Below are positions 8,466-19,261 of a stretch of DNA of 64,000 bases, piece by piece. How positions within the stretch are numbered: the stretch's first letter is position 1; every line of letters begins with the position of its first letter. The notes beneath the pieces were generated by a model. It was not told where the DNA came from. It was given only the letters and a program-made list of their open reading frames with translations, and did no database searches. A program made the translations under genes and the position numbers. This DNA is from Myxococcota bacterium (GTDB taxonomy: Bacteria; Myxococcota_A; UBA9160; UBA6930): contig OZ245002.1 in the NCBI GenBank assembly GCA_965223415.1, positions 3,296,001 to 3,360,000 of the forward strand, read 5' to 3'.

Positions 8466-9881
8466 GTGCTGTTCACCCAGTCGACGTTCTTCCTGTTCTT
8501 CGGCCTCGTCTTCGCGGGGGCGTGGGCTCTTCCCGGCCATCGGCTCCACAAGCTCTGGCTCCTCGGAGCGAGCTACGCCTTCTATGCGGGCTGGGACTGG
8601 CGGTTCCTGGGGCTCATCCTGCTCTCGACGGGCGTGGACTACGTCGCGGCCCAGCGCATCCACCACGGCCCGACGCCCCGGGCGAGGCGCGCCTGGCTGG
8701 TTGCCAGCCTCGTGGCGAACCTCGGCATCCTGTTCACGTTCAAGTACCTGGACTTCTTCGCCGCCTCGGCGGCGGCGCTGCTCGAGGCCCTGGGCGCGAC
8801 CGCGAGCTGGACGACGCTCCACCTGGCGCTCCCGGTCGGGATCAGCTTCTTCACCTTCCAGTCGATGAGCTACACGATCGACGTCTACCGGCGTGAGCTC
8901 GCCCCCCATCGCAGCCCGTTGGACTTCGCGCTGTTCGTCGCCTTCTTCCCGCAGCTCGTGGCAGGCCCGATCGTGCGCGCCCGGGACTTCCTCCCGCAGC
9001 TCCGTGAGCGGCCGCGGCTCTCGGCGGTGCCGGTGCGCGCGTGTCTCACGCTCTTCTGGATCGGCTTCTTCAAGAAGGCCTGCGTGGCCGACAACCTGGC
9101 GCTCTGGATCGACCCGGTCTACGCGGAGCCGGCCGCCCACACGGCGGGAGCGCTGGTCGGTGCCGCCTGGCTCTACGCCGTGCAGATCTATTGCGACTTC
9201 TCGGGCTACTCGGACATGGCGATCGCCACCGCCGGCCTGCTCGGCTACCGCCTTCCGCGCAACTTCGCCGCGCCCGCCTTCAGCGTGTCCGTCACCGAGT
9301 TCTGGCGCCGCTGGCACATCTCCCTCTCGAGCTGGCTGCGCGACTACCTCTACATCCCCCTCGGCGGCAACCGGCGCGGAGCGGGCCGCACGCGGCTGAA
9401 CCTGATGGCGACCATGCTCCTCGGCGGGCTCTGGCACGGAGCCGCCTGGACCTTCCTGCTCTGGGGCGCGCTCCACGGGCTCGCCCTGATCCTGCACCGG
9501 GTGTGGCGGGAGCTCGTGGGCACCCGCCGGGCTCCGGGTCGTCTGCGACCCCTCGCCCGGCTGGCCGCCATGGCGCTCACCGCCTGGTGGGTGGTCTTCG
9601 CCTTCGTCTTCTTCCGGGCGGAGAGCCTGCCCGACGCCGCCGTGGCTGCGCGCGCCTTCGTTACCTTCGCCTCGCCCGGGTCGGCGGGCCTGCCCGCCAG
9701 CCCCTGGCCGGTGCTCGCGCTGCTGATCGCGGTCCACGCCCTGTGCTGGAGGTTGCGGCCGGAGGAGCGGGTGGAGGCGCTGCCGCCCGCGGCCTTCGCG
9801 CCCGCCTACGGACTGGCCTGGAGCCTCGCCCTGCTCTGGATCCCGCTCGAGGCGCGACCCTTCATCTACTTCCAGTTCTGA
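8466..9881 (+). CDS. MBOAT family O-acyltransferase (AlgI/DltB/PatA-like)
   Basis: LPVGISFFTFQSMSY, FFPQLVAGPI, QIYCDFSGYSDMA, FWRRWHISLSSWLRDYLYIPLGG, GLWHGA, C-terminal PFIYFQF. Confidence 0.92.
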   Translation: MLFTQSTFFLFFGLVFAGAWALPGHRLHKLWLLGASYAFYAGWDWRFLGLILLSTGVDYVAAQRIHHGPTPRARRAWLVASLVANLGILFTFKYLDFFAASAAALLEALGATASWTTLHLALPVGISFFTFQSMSYTIDVYRRELAPHRSPLDFALFVAFFPQLVAGPIVRARDFLPQLRERPRLSAVPVRACLTLFWIGFFKKACVADNLALWIDPVYAEPAAHTAGALVGAAWLYAVQIYCDFSGYSDMAIATAGLLGYRLPRNFAAPAFSVSVTEFWRRWHISLSSWLRDYLYIPLGGNRRGAGRTRLNLMATMLLGGLWHGAAWTFLLWGALHGLALILHRVWRELVGTRRAPGRLRPLARLAAMALTAWWVVFAFVFFRAESLPDAAVAARAFVTFASPGSAGLPASPWPVLALLIAVHALCWRLRPEERVEALPPAAFAPAYGLAWSLALLWIPLEARPFIYFQF

Positions 9882-11061
9882 CGCCGCGAGGCTGGAGGCT
9901 CTCGAGCACCGCGGGGCAGAGGTCGCGCGCCACGGCCCGGGAGAAGAGCCGGGCGCCGGCGTCGCCCAGGTGGCCGCGATCGAACCACCGCCCCATCGCG
10001 TAGAGCGGGCGCAGATCTTCGGGCGGGGCGAAGGCCACGGGTCGCTCGGGAGCTCGGCTCTCGAGGTGGTGCACGACCCGCCGGGACCACAGGAGGCCGT
10101 CCGCACGCAGGATCGGGGGCAGCAGCGCGCCCGCTCGCGTCCGCGGGCCCTCCGCGGCGGCCAGGAGCCCCTCGACGAATCGCGCCTCCAGGGCCGATAG
10201 GGGCGCACGCTCGCCGGCCTTCGCCCTCTCGAGGTCGCTCACCCACCCCGCGAAGGCCGCGGCGTCACGGCTGCGATCGAGGCGCCGCTTCTCCAGCAGT
10301 GCGCGCACCTCCGGGTCGCCGGTGCGGACTGCCTGCTCGAGCCCGTGATATCCGCGCTGAGCCCGAAGCAGTTCGTCCGGCGGCTCCGGAAGCGGCGCCT
10401 CCGCGAACGCGGCCCGCTGGGCGCTTCCCACCGGCAGGCTGCTGGCGAGCAGGGTGGCCAGGTAGCGGAGCGAGAGGCGGAGCTGGGTCAGCCGGGCCGG
10501 GAGGCGGGAAGACGCGAGCTGCTCGGCCGGCGGACGCACCCAGAGCTGCAGGAAGCCCAGCGGCGCGGTGGCTGCAGAGTTGGCGAAGCGTGCGTGCGGG
10601 TGCGCCGCCAGCTGGAGCGCGGGTCCGTGGGCACCGACCGGCTCGATCAGCACCACCCGGTGCCGCTCGCCCGGAGCCCGGGAGACCCTCTGCGCCACCC
10701 GCGCCATCATCGGCGCCGACATGCCGGGCCAGCCCAGGTTGTAGGAGCGCAAGCCGACGCAGCCGAGCCGGGCGGCCTCGGCGTCCACCACGTCGGGGAC
10801 GATGGCGCGGAACACCCGGCTCGAGCCTACGAACACCAGGTCGAGCTCGGCGCGATGCTCGTCCAGGTAGGCCAGTTTGTCCGAGAGCCGCCCCAGGGTC
10901 TCCAGCGGGAATCGCTCGGCCGGCTCCGACGCCAGGAGCAGCCCGACGAGGAGCGCGGCGGCGAAGGCCGCGGCGAGAGCGGCCAGCAGCAGCGGGCCCG
11001 GGCGCGCCGGCCGTTGGCCGCCGGGAAGGGGCGGCTCGTCCCACCCTCTCCCGGGGCTCAT
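9862..11061 (-). CDS. Membrane-anchored SGNH-hydrolase-like protein (AlgJ/DltD/PatB-like)
   Basis: ATG at 11061 overlaps upstream stop (ATGA); N-terminal TM helix; FVGSSR, NLGWPG and FDRGHL (DxxH) motifs. Confidence 0.7.
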   Translation of the reverse strand: MSPGRGWDEPPLPGGQRPARPGPLLLAALAAAFAAALLVGLLLASEPAERFPLETLGRLSDKLAYLDEHRAELDLVFVGSSRVFRAIVPDVVDAEAARLGCVGLRSYNLGWPGMSAPMMARVAQRVSRAPGERHRVVLIEPVGAHGPALQLAAHPHARFANSAATAPLGFLQLWVRPPAEQLASSRLPARLTQLRLSLRYLATLLASSLPVGSAQRAAFAEAPLPEPPDELLRAQRGYHGLEQAVRTGDPEVRALLEKRRLDRSRDAAAFAGWVSDLERAKAGERAPLSALEARFVEGLLAAAEGPRTRAGALLPPILRADGLLWSRRVVHHLESRAPERPVAFAPPEDLRPLYAMGRWFDRGHLGDAGARLFSRAVARDLCPAVLESLQPRGVRTGSR

Positions 11062-11690
11062 TCCGGCGACAGCACCGCCAGGGCGAGCTGCATGGCGAGC
11101 TGCATGTCGCCCTCCAGCTCGATCAGGCCCGAGAGGAAGGCGTCCTGGGCCGCCACCTCCCCGTTCTTCAGGGCCTCGTAGGCGCCGCGGTCGACCCGGA
11201 TCACGGTGGTGGGCTCGGCGGGAATGGGCTCCTTGCCGAAGTGGGCGAGGAGGGCGAAGCCGCCCGCGCCGGCGAGCTCGAAGCGGAGCGTGCCGGTGAT
11301 GAGCTCCAGGTTCTGCAGGCGCGGCGCGGTGAGCTTGAGGTCGCCGCCCTGGCTGGCCAGAGCGCCCAGGAAGCCCAGCGGCGAGTCGCCGGCCTCTCGC
11401 GCCAGCTGCTCGAAGTCCGGTCGCTCGAGCACGAGGGTGAGGAAGGGCGCGTGCGCCGCCTCGTCGCTCGGCGTCATCGCGCCGCCTTCCACGTTCAGCG
11501 CGAAGCGTCCGCCGCCCTCGCCGCGCACCTCGACCTGGAGGGTTCCGTTCACGTCGCGCATCTCGTCGAGGACGCGCTGGGCCGTCTCCACGGCGCGCTC
11601 CTGCTCGCGCAGGGTGCGCGCCCACTGGGCCGGGAACAGCTCGGTGAAGTAGGTGCGGGGGTCGGGGCCGGACTCGGAGGGCGCGCTCAT
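11058..11690 (-). CDS. SCP2 sterol/lipid-binding domain protein
   Basis: ATG overlaps mltG stop; C-terminal AQDAFLSGLIELEGDMQLAMQL typical of SCP2 domains. Confidence 0.75.
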   Translation of the reverse strand: MSAPSESGPDPRTYFTELFPAQWARTLREQERAVETAQRVLDEMRDVNGTLQVEVRGEGGGRFALNVEGGAMTPSDEAAHAPFLTLVLERPDFEQLAREAGDSPLGFLGALASQGGDLKLTAPRLQNLELITGTLRFELAGAGGFALLAHFGKEPIPAEPTTVIRVDRGAYEALKNGEVAAQDAFLSGLIELEGDMQLAMQLALAVLSPE

Positions 11691-12685
11691 CGGATGCCTC
11701 GCTGGTAGCGGTCCACGGCTCGGGCGTGCTCGGCGTAGGTGCGCGAGAAGTGGTGGGTGCCGTCGTTCTTCGAGACGAAGAAGAGCGCCTGCTCGCCCTC
11801 CGCCGGCTCGATCACGGCGCGCAGGGCCGCCTCGCCCGGATTCGCGATCGGTCCCGGCGGAAGGCCCGGGATCCGGTAGGTGTTGTAGGGGTTCGACTCG
11901 TCTTCCAGGTGGACGCGTCGCAGGTTGCCGTCGAAGTCCGCGATGCCGTAGATCACTGCCGGATCCGTCTCCAGGCGCATACCCTTCGCCAGCCGGTTCA
12001 GGAACACCGCCGCGATGCGCGGCCGTTCCTCGGGCGCGCCGGTCTCCTTCTCGACGATCGACGCCAGCACCACCACCGCGCGCATCGACAGCTCCCGGGC
12101 GGCGGCGCGCTCGGCGAGCGGCGCCCAGGCGATGCGGAACTGGCCGACGAGGTCTTCGATCATCTCCCGCGGCCCGATGCCCCGGGCCCAGCGATAGGTC
12201 TCGGGGAAGAGGTAGCCCTCCAGATCCTCGCCTTCGACGCCGAGGGCGCTGGCCACCTCCGGATCCCGGACCAGGGCGAGGATCTCCTCGGCGCGGGCCC
12301 AGCCCTCCTCCTCGAAGCGCGTCGCGATCTCCACGGCGGTCAGTCCTTCCGGAAACGAGAACGCGTGGGTCCGCACCTCGCCGCGGGCCAGGCGGCCGAG
12401 GATTTCGGCCGGCGACATGGCCGCGGAGAGCTCGTACTCGCCGGCGCGGAGCCCGCGCCCCTGCTCGCGCCAACGAGCGAGCCCTTCGAAGGCCCAGGCC
12501 CGGCGCACGAGCCCGGCCTCCTCCAGCGAGCGCGCCACCCGGGAGAGGGTGGCGCCTTCCGGCACCTCGAAGACCTCGGCCTCCGCCAGGGGCTTCGGCG
12601 CGGTGAGCGCGCGGCGCACGGTGAAGCCGCCGGCGATCGCCGCGGCCAGCACCAGCACGACGAGCGGGATCGCGACCCGCTTCAC
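11687..12685 (-). CDS. mltG: Endolytic transglycosylase MltG (YceG)
   Basis: TM anchor; FPEGLT, LEGYLFPETY, LASIVEKET, NRLAKGMRLETDP, NPYNTY, GLPPGPIANPG. Confidence 0.93.
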   Translation of the reverse strand: MKRVAIPLVVLVLAAAIAGGFTVRRALTAPKPLAEAEVFEVPEGATLSRVARSLEEAGLVRRAWAFEGLARWREQGRGLRAGEYELSAAMSPAEILGRLARGEVRTHAFSFPEGLTAVEIATRFEEEGWARAEEILALVRDPEVASALGVEGEDLEGYLFPETYRWARGIGPREMIEDLVGQFRIAWAPLAERAAARELSMRAVVVLASIVEKETGAPEERPRIAAVFLNRLAKGMRLETDPAVIYGIADFDGNLRRVHLEDESNPYNTYRIPGLPPGPIANPGEAALRAVIEPAEGEQALFFVSKNDGTHHFSRTYAEHARAVDRYQRGIR

Positions 12686-13107
12686 GCTGGCCCCACCGCC
12701 CGGCGCTCCAGGTAGGTGCGCAGCAGCACCGTCGCAGCGACCGAGTCGACCACGGCCTTCTTCTTGCGCCGTCCCTTGCGGCCGGTGGCCTCGAGGGCGC
12801 GCTCGGCCTCGCGGGTGGTGAAGCGCTCGTCGAGCAAATCGACGGGCAGGGCCAGCGCCGTGCGCAGTCGCTCGGCAAAGCGATCCGCGGCCTCGGCCTG
12901 GGCGCCGCGGGTGCCGTCGAGGTGGATCGGCAGGCCGATCACGATCCGCGACACGTCGCGGCTCTGCACCAGCTCGCCGATCGCGGCCACGTCCTTCTCG
13001 GCCCCGCGGCTCTCGACCGGATCGAGGGGAAAGGCGATGCGGTCGTCCCGATCCGACACGGCGAGGCCGAGCCGTCGGCTCCCGTAGTCGATCCCGAGCA
13101 CCGGCAT
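12682..13107 (-). CDS. ruvX: YqgF/RuvX putative pre-16S rRNA nuclease / Holliday junction resolvase-like
   Basis: LGIDYGSRRLGLAVSD, IGLP, DERFTT, VDSVAA; canonical position before mltG. Confidence 0.92.
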   Translation of the reverse strand: MPVLGIDYGSRRLGLAVSDRDDRIAFPLDPVESRGAEKDVAAIGELVQSRDVSRIVIGLPIHLDGTRGAQAEAADRFAERLRTALALPVDLLDERFTTREAERALEATGRKGRRKKKAVVDSVAATVLLRTYLERRAVGPA

Positions 13108-13116
13108 GGAGGGAGG

Positions 13117-15057
13117 CTAACGACTCCGCCGTTCCAGCGCGGTCTGGGCCGCGTCGCGCACCTGGGTGTCCCGCAGCCGGGCGGCCTGGGAGAGCACGCC
13201 CACCGCCTCCTCACCGGGCAGCTGGGCCAGGGCGCGGGTGGCGGCGAGCTTGAGCTCACGCAGGCGCCGCCGGCCCAGGAGGTCCCGACGCAGCACGAGG
13301 GTGCCCAGCTCTCCTGCGGCCTCGGGCCTTCCCAGCTCGCCCAGGGCGCCGATCAAGTCGCGGGCGATCTCCGGGTCCCGGGCCTCCACCGCGGCGTGGA
13401 GGGCGCTGGCGAGGGGGCCCACGGCCCGCGGGCTGCCGGTGCTGGCCAGGCAGGCCATCGCCAGGGGCGGCAGCTGGGGATCGTCGGCGGACAGCGCGCG
13501 GGCCAGGGCGCGCAAGGCCTGGGCGTCGTCCCGGCCGTCGGGCCGGGCCAGCCGCGCGAGGGCGCCGCCGGCGGCTTCCCGGACGAAGGCGTCGGCGCTG
13601 CGCAGCTGGTCGGCGATGCGGGCCACCGCCTCCGGCGACCCCATCCGCTCCGCCAGCTCGATGGCGCGCTCGGCGGTCTCCCGCTCCGGCGAGCCGATGG
13701 CTTCCAGGATCGGCGGCCCGGCGGCCGGGCCGAGGCCGAGCAGCCGCGCGGACAGCCGCTCCGCCCGCTCCGGCGACGTCTCGGTGAGCGCGCAGACCGC
13801 CAGGGCGCGCGCGCCCTCGCCGCCGAGCTGGGGCAGCACCGCCGCCGCCTGCTCCGCGTCTGGACCGCCTTCCGCCATCTGGTCGATCACCGCGTCGAGG
13901 CGCTCGCCGGTCGTCAGGCGCTCCAGGGCCACGCGCGCGATGTCCCGATCGGCCTCGCTGCGCTTGGCATCGCACTCGGCGGCCAGGGCGGCCAGGATGC
14001 GCAGGGTCGGGGCCCGCCCGAGGCCGTGGGTATCGCTCGCCACCAGGCGGAAGAGACCGTCGATCAGCTGGGAGTAGGCGGGCCCGCCCGGCGAGCTCTC
14101 GATCTCGCGCAGCAGGGTCGCCGCCGCGTCGCTGGGTGGTAGGCCGTCGGCGCCCGACGCGGTGGTCTCTCCGCTGCTCTCGGCCAGGGGCAGCACGACC
14201 GGCTGGGTGTCTTCCTCCGCCGTCTCGCCCGGCGGCGGGTCCGGGAGCGTCTGCTCGGTGTCGCTTCCGGCGTGCATCGGCTCGTCGATCGGGTCCGTCG
14301 GGTCGCCGGTGTCCACGCTCCGGGTGACGACGCTCTGGAGGGTCGGCTCGTCGTCTTCGGCGGGCGGCGCCGGACTCCGGGCCGGCTGCGGCTCGGTCTC
14401 GTCGGGCGGATCCGCGACGGGCAGGGGAGGGGACGTCTCGGCCGACGCCGCGACGGGCTGGGGGCCGGACGGCGTCTCGGCAGGCGCCGCGACGTGCGCT
14501 TCCCGGGGCGCAGCGACGGGCAGGGGCACCGGGGTCGGCGCCTCCTCGATCTCCGGTGCGGGGGCCACCCGCGCCGGTGCGGCCGGTCGAGGCATGGGCG
14601 TCTTCGGGACCGGCAGCCCCGGCGCGTCGTCGGGCATCTCGATGCGCACCCCGTCCGGCACGCGTCGCGCGAGGGCCGGGCCCACGCCGCCCTCATCCGC
14701 GACGGTCTCGTCCGGCAACGCCAGCACCTCGACCAGGCCCGCCAGGGCCTCCGCATCCGCGCCGGGCTCGACCCGCAGGCGCCAGACGCCCCGGGCCTGC
14801 CACTCCGAGAGCGGAGCGGCCAGCCGCCCGTCGATGGGAACGCTGCGTCCGCCCTGCTCGAGGCGATCCGGCTCGATGGCCAGCTCGATCGCACCGTGTC
14901 GCTGCAGGTCCGCGGTCCAGGCCCGCCGTGTGTGCTCGAAGACCGGGCCCAGGCGCGGATCGCCGGGCGAGAAGTAGGTGCGTGCCTTCACGACGCGGGC
15001 CAGCTCGAGCAGGAGCGAGACCAGCTCCGGAGTGCTGCGGGGTTCGGTGGCGGCCAT
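13117..15057 (-). CDS. HEAT-repeat protein with Pro/acidic linker
   Basis: N-terminal helical domain, long P/E/A-rich linker, C-terminal HEAT/PBS-lyase-like repeats (VREAAGGALARL, VRDAAQTAL). Confidence 0.7.
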   Translation of the reverse strand: MAATEPRSTPELVSLLLELARVVKARTYFSPGDPRLGPVFEHTRRAWTADLQRHGAIELAIEPDRLEQGGRSVPIDGRLAAPLSEWQARGVWRLRVEPGADAEALAGLVEVLALPDETVADEGGVGPALARRVPDGVRIEMPDDAPGLPVPKTPMPRPAAPARVAPAPEIEEAPTPVPLPVAAPREAHVAAPAETPSGPQPVAASAETSPPLPVADPPDETEPQPARSPAPPAEDDEPTLQSVVTRSVDTGDPTDPIDEPMHAGSDTEQTLPDPPPGETAEEDTQPVVLPLAESSGETTASGADGLPPSDAAATLLREIESSPGGPAYSQLIDGLFRLVASDTHGLGRAPTLRILAALAAECDAKRSEADRDIARVALERLTTGERLDAVIDQMAEGGPDAEQAAAVLPQLGGEGARALAVCALTETSPERAERLSARLLGLGPAAGPPILEAIGSPERETAERAIELAERMGSPEAVARIADQLRSADAFVREAAGGALARLARPDGRDDAQALRALARALSADDPQLPPLAMACLASTGSPRAVGPLASALHAAVEARDPEIARDLIGALGELGRPEAAGELGTLVLRRDLLGRRRLRELKLAATRALAQLPGEEAVGVLSQAARLRDTQVRDAAQTALERRSR

Positions 15058-15175
15058 GGACGGCGGGAGGATAGGCGGTCGGCACCTCCCGGCATCCGGT
15101 GGTATCCTCGACCGGTCGCCCGGCTCCCCCCACCGAGGCGAGCCCCACCCTCCTCCGGTCCCCGGCCCCTCATCC

Positions 15176-15718
15176 ATGGGAACCGATCAACACGGCGCCG
15201 CTGGGCCCCGAGGTCCGGTGCGGTGGGTCGCTCTGGCTTCGTCCACAGGTTTCGGCGTGGGGTTTCTCCCCTGGGCGCCCGGAACCTGGGGATCGGCCCT
15301 TGCGGTGCTGATTTTCGTGTTATTTTCGCCCTTGCCCGGGTGGCTGCTCCTGGCCAGCGGGCTGGCGCTCTTCGCGCTGGGGGTGTGGTCGGCGGACGTG
15401 AGCGAGGCGGTCTTCGAGCGGGCCGACGACGGCCGGATCGTCGTCGACGAGGTGGTGGGCCAGCTGCTGGCCCTCGCGCCGGTCCGCCTGGCCTTCGGCC
15501 CCGAGCGGGCGGGCCAGGAAATCTTCTGGCTCGTGACCGGATTCGTCGCGTTCCGGCTGTTGGATATCCGAAAGCCCGGGCCCGTCGGATGGGTCGAGCG
15601 GCGCACCAGCGGAGGTTTCGGCGTGATGGCGGATGACGTGGTGGCCGGCGTCCTCGCGGCCGTGATCGTCTATCTCGGCCTCGAGCTCGGTCCCGCGACC
15701 CTCGGAGGTGCCGGGTGA
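15176..15718 (+). CDS. pgpA: Phosphatidylglycerophosphatase A
   Basis: GFGVGFLPWAPGTWGS, DDGRIVVDEVVG, FRLLDIRKPGP, GVMADDVVAG. Confidence 0.92.
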   Translation: MGTDQHGAAGPRGPVRWVALASSTGFGVGFLPWAPGTWGSALAVLIFVLFSPLPGWLLLASGLALFALGVWSADVSEAVFERADDGRIVVDEVVGQLLALAPVRLAFGPERAGQEIFWLVTGFVAFRLLDIRKPGPVGWVERRTSGGFGVMADDVVAGVLAAVIVYLGLELGPATLGGAG

Positions 15719-17013
15719 TCGCCGAGGTGCTGACCATCGGAGACGAGCTCCTGCGCGGCGAGATCGTCGACTCGAACAAGTCGTTCCTGTCGGAGCGGCT
15801 GCTGCGCATCGACGTCCACACCCGTTTCCACGCCTCGGTCCGCGACGACCCGGCCGACATGACCGACGCCTTCCTGCGCGCGGCCGGACGCGCCGGCGTG
15901 GTGCTCGTGTCCGGCGGCCTCGGGCCGACCCGCGACGACCTCACGATCGAGGTGCTGGCCAAGACCTTCGGGCGCACGATGCAGCTCCACGAGCCCACGC
16001 TCCGCACCCTCGAGGCCTTCTTCGAGCGCTTCGGCCGCAAGATGGCCGAGAGCAACGCCAAGCAGGCCTGGTTCCCGGAAGGGTCGGACGTGCTGCCCAA
16101 CCCGATCGGCACCGCCCCCGGCTGTCTGCTCGAGGCCGAGGACACGCTCTTCTTCTGCATGCCCGGCGTGCCCCGTGAGCTCTACCAGATGATGGACGAG
16201 CAGGTGGTGCCGCGGATCGCGGCGCGCATCCCGGGCGGGGGCGGCGTGGTGCGCGCCACCCTGCTGCGCACCTTCGGCATCGGCGAGTCGAACCTGGACG
16301 ACGAGCTCGCGGACCTGGCCCGGGACGAGCACGTCAGCCTGGGCTTCCGCACCACCTTCCCGGACAACTTCCTGCGCCCGGTCGCCCGGGGGGCCAGCGA
16401 GGCCGAGGCGGAGGAGCGGCTCGCCAAGCTGTGCACCGCGATCCGCGAGCGCCTGGGCTCGCTGGTCTACGGCGAGGGCGACGAGCAGAGCCTCGAGGCG
16501 GTCGTCGTGCACGGTCTCGTGGAGCGGGGCCTGCGCGTGGCCACCGCCGAGAGCTGCACCGGCGGGCTCGTCGGCGCGAAGCTCACGGCGGTGCCCGGCT
16601 CCTCTGCCGCCTACCAGGGCAGCGTGGTCGCCTACGCCAACGAGGCGAAGGTCGCGCACCTGGGTGTCCCGGAGGCGCTGCTCGAGGCCCACGGCGCGGT
16701 CTCCGAGCCGGTGGCCGTGTCCATGGCCCAGGGCGCCCGGGAGCGCTTCGGGGCGGACGTGGCGATCTCCACCACCGGCATCTCGGGGCCCGACGGCGGG
16801 ACGGAGGAGAAGCCGGTGGGCCTCGTCTGGATCGGCTTCGCCACGGCGGCCGAAGCCGAGGCCCGGGATTTCGTCTTCCCGTTCGACCGCGAGCGCCACC
16901 GGCAGATCACGACCCAGGTGGCCCTCGACTGGATCCGCCGCCACCTGCTCGGCGAGGAGCGGGTGGCGCCGCGCTATCTGCAACGGGCGACATCGCGGGG
17001 AGGGATCGCATGA
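15715..17013 (+). CDS. cinA: Competence/damage-inducible protein CinA (MoCF domain + PncC)
   Basis: IGDELLRGEIVDSN, SGGLGPTRDDLT, GTAPG, PGVPREL, ATAESCTGG, HGAVSE, TGISGP. Confidence 0.93.
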   Translation: MIAEVLTIGDELLRGEIVDSNKSFLSERLLRIDVHTRFHASVRDDPADMTDAFLRAAGRAGVVLVSGGLGPTRDDLTIEVLAKTFGRTMQLHEPTLRTLEAFFERFGRKMAESNAKQAWFPEGSDVLPNPIGTAPGCLLEAEDTLFFCMPGVPRELYQMMDEQVVPRIAARIPGGGGVVRATLLRTFGIGESNLDDELADLARDEHVSLGFRTTFPDNFLRPVARGASEAEAEERLAKLCTAIRERLGSLVYGEGDEQSLEAVVVHGLVERGLRVATAESCTGGLVGAKLTAVPGSSAAYQGSVVAYANEAKVAHLGVPEALLEAHGAVSEPVAVSMAQGARERFGADVAISTTGISGPDGGTEEKPVGLVWIGFATAAEAEARDFVFPFDRERHRQITTQVALDWIRRHLLGEERVAPRYLQRATSRGGIA

Positions 17014-17044
17014 GCGGTCGCCGCCCGGGAGGGATCGTATGAGC
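16998..17044 (+). repeat. Direct repeat of an RBS+start unit (29-bp period) creating a 10-codon mini-ORF 17010-17042
   Basis: GGGAGGGATCGCATGAGC (16998) and GGGAGGGATCGTATGAGC (17027); mini-[13 protein letters not shown] overlaps cinA stop and thpR start via ATGA. Confidence 0.75.
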
Positions 17045-17656
17045 TTCGGCCGCAAGCAGGGATCGCTGGTGAGGAGCTTCGTCGCCGTCTCGCTTCCGGA
17101 GCCGGCGCGGGTGGCCTGCGCGGCGCTGGCCTGCGAGCTGGCGGGCGCGAGCGGCGGGGAGGGCGTCCGCTGGGTGCGCAGCGAGGGCTACCACGTGACC
17201 CTGCGCTTCCTGGGCAACGTCGCCTGCGAGGAGCTGCCGGAGCTGGGCGAGCGGCTGGCGGACGCGGTGGCGGGCGTCGCGCCCTTCGAGCTCAGCCTGG
17301 GCGCGCCGTACCTGTTTCCGAAGGGACGGCGGGCCAAGGTCGTTGCCCTGGGGCTCGCGCCGGAGGAGCCGCTTCAGGAGCTTCAGGCGCGCGTGGAGCA
17401 GGCGGTGGTGGCCCACGGCTTCGAGCCCGAGACGCGGGCCTTCCATCCGCACCTCACCCTCGGCCGCATCCGCAACCGCCGGGTGCCCTCCCTGGACCGG
17501 GTGCCCGCCCCGGCCGCACCGGCCCTTCCCGTTTCCGAGGTCGCGCTCTACCGCAGCGATCTCGCCCGTGACGGCGCCCGCTACACGGCGCTCGCGCGGT
17601 GTCCGCTCGCCGCGGAGCCCGCGCACTCGTTTTCTCACCCTGAGATTCATCGATAG
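17039..17656 (+). CDS. thpR: RNA 2',3'-cyclic phosphodiesterase (2'-5' RNA ligase family)
   Basis: Two 2H motifs HVTLRFLG and PHLTLGR; RSFVAV N-terminus; alternative GTG start at 17069. Confidence 0.88.
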   Translation: MSFGRKQGSLVRSFVAVSLPEPARVACAALACELAGASGGEGVRWVRSEGYHVTLRFLGNVACEELPELGERLADAVAGVAPFELSLGAPYLFPKGRRAKVVALGLAPEEPLQELQARVEQAVVAHGFEPETRAFHPHLTLGRIRNRRVPSLDRVPAPAAPALPVSEVALYRSDLARDGARYTALARCPLAAEPAHSFSHPEIHR

Positions 17657-17667
17657 GAGAGGTGGAC

Positions 17668-18777
<1,110 letters not shown>

Positions 18778-18810
18778 GCCGCTTCGCTCCTCTTGCGGAC
18801 ACCCAGGCTG

Positions 18811-18985
18811 CGCCGGTCCCGGGCGCCGGCCGGGCGGAATGGCTCGGCCGGGGATCCGGGGCCGCGTACCGGCTCGCATGGAGGGGTCGCCGCTTCTGGC
18901 CTTCGGCCGGCGGCAACCTGAGCGCACGACGGTCGTCGTGCCTGCCTGCGCTTGATTTCCGCCCGGCCGGCGCCCGGAACCGGCG
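18811..18985. repeat. ~175-bp structured element with 29-bp terminal inverted repeats, copy 1 (MITE/REPIN-like or structured RNA)
   Basis: Ends CGCCGGTCCCGGGCGCCGGCCGGGCGGAA ... TTCCGCCCGGCCGGCGCCCGGAACCGGCG; roughly 90% identical by eye to 20497-20670. Confidence 0.85.
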
Positions 18986-19134
18986 CGGCGATGGGTTGGT
19001 GTGCTCGTGCCGCGGTGCGAGGAGGGTCGACTCGGGTCTGCTCGGAAGGAGGAGTGGGGGCAACGCGGGGCGTTCGCGTTGCCCCCGACCATTCCCTCAT
19101 GCGAACCGGCGCGCCCCGGAGCAACGGGGCCTCC

Positions 19135-19147
19135 CAACTGGTTGATA
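19135..19147. promoter_or_regulatory. Putative IHF binding site upstream of pilT
   Basis: CAACTGGTTGATA fits YAANNNNTTGATW exactly, in a locally AT-richer stretch. Confidence 0.4.
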
Positions 19148-19261
19148 TTCCAGCTCTTTTCCGGGCGTCCGTCTCGCACACCCAGCCTGCTCAAGGAGAG
19201 GCCCAGGGCGGTCGAAACACAGGCGAAGCCCCGGCGAACCCGGGAGAGGATTTCTGCGCGA

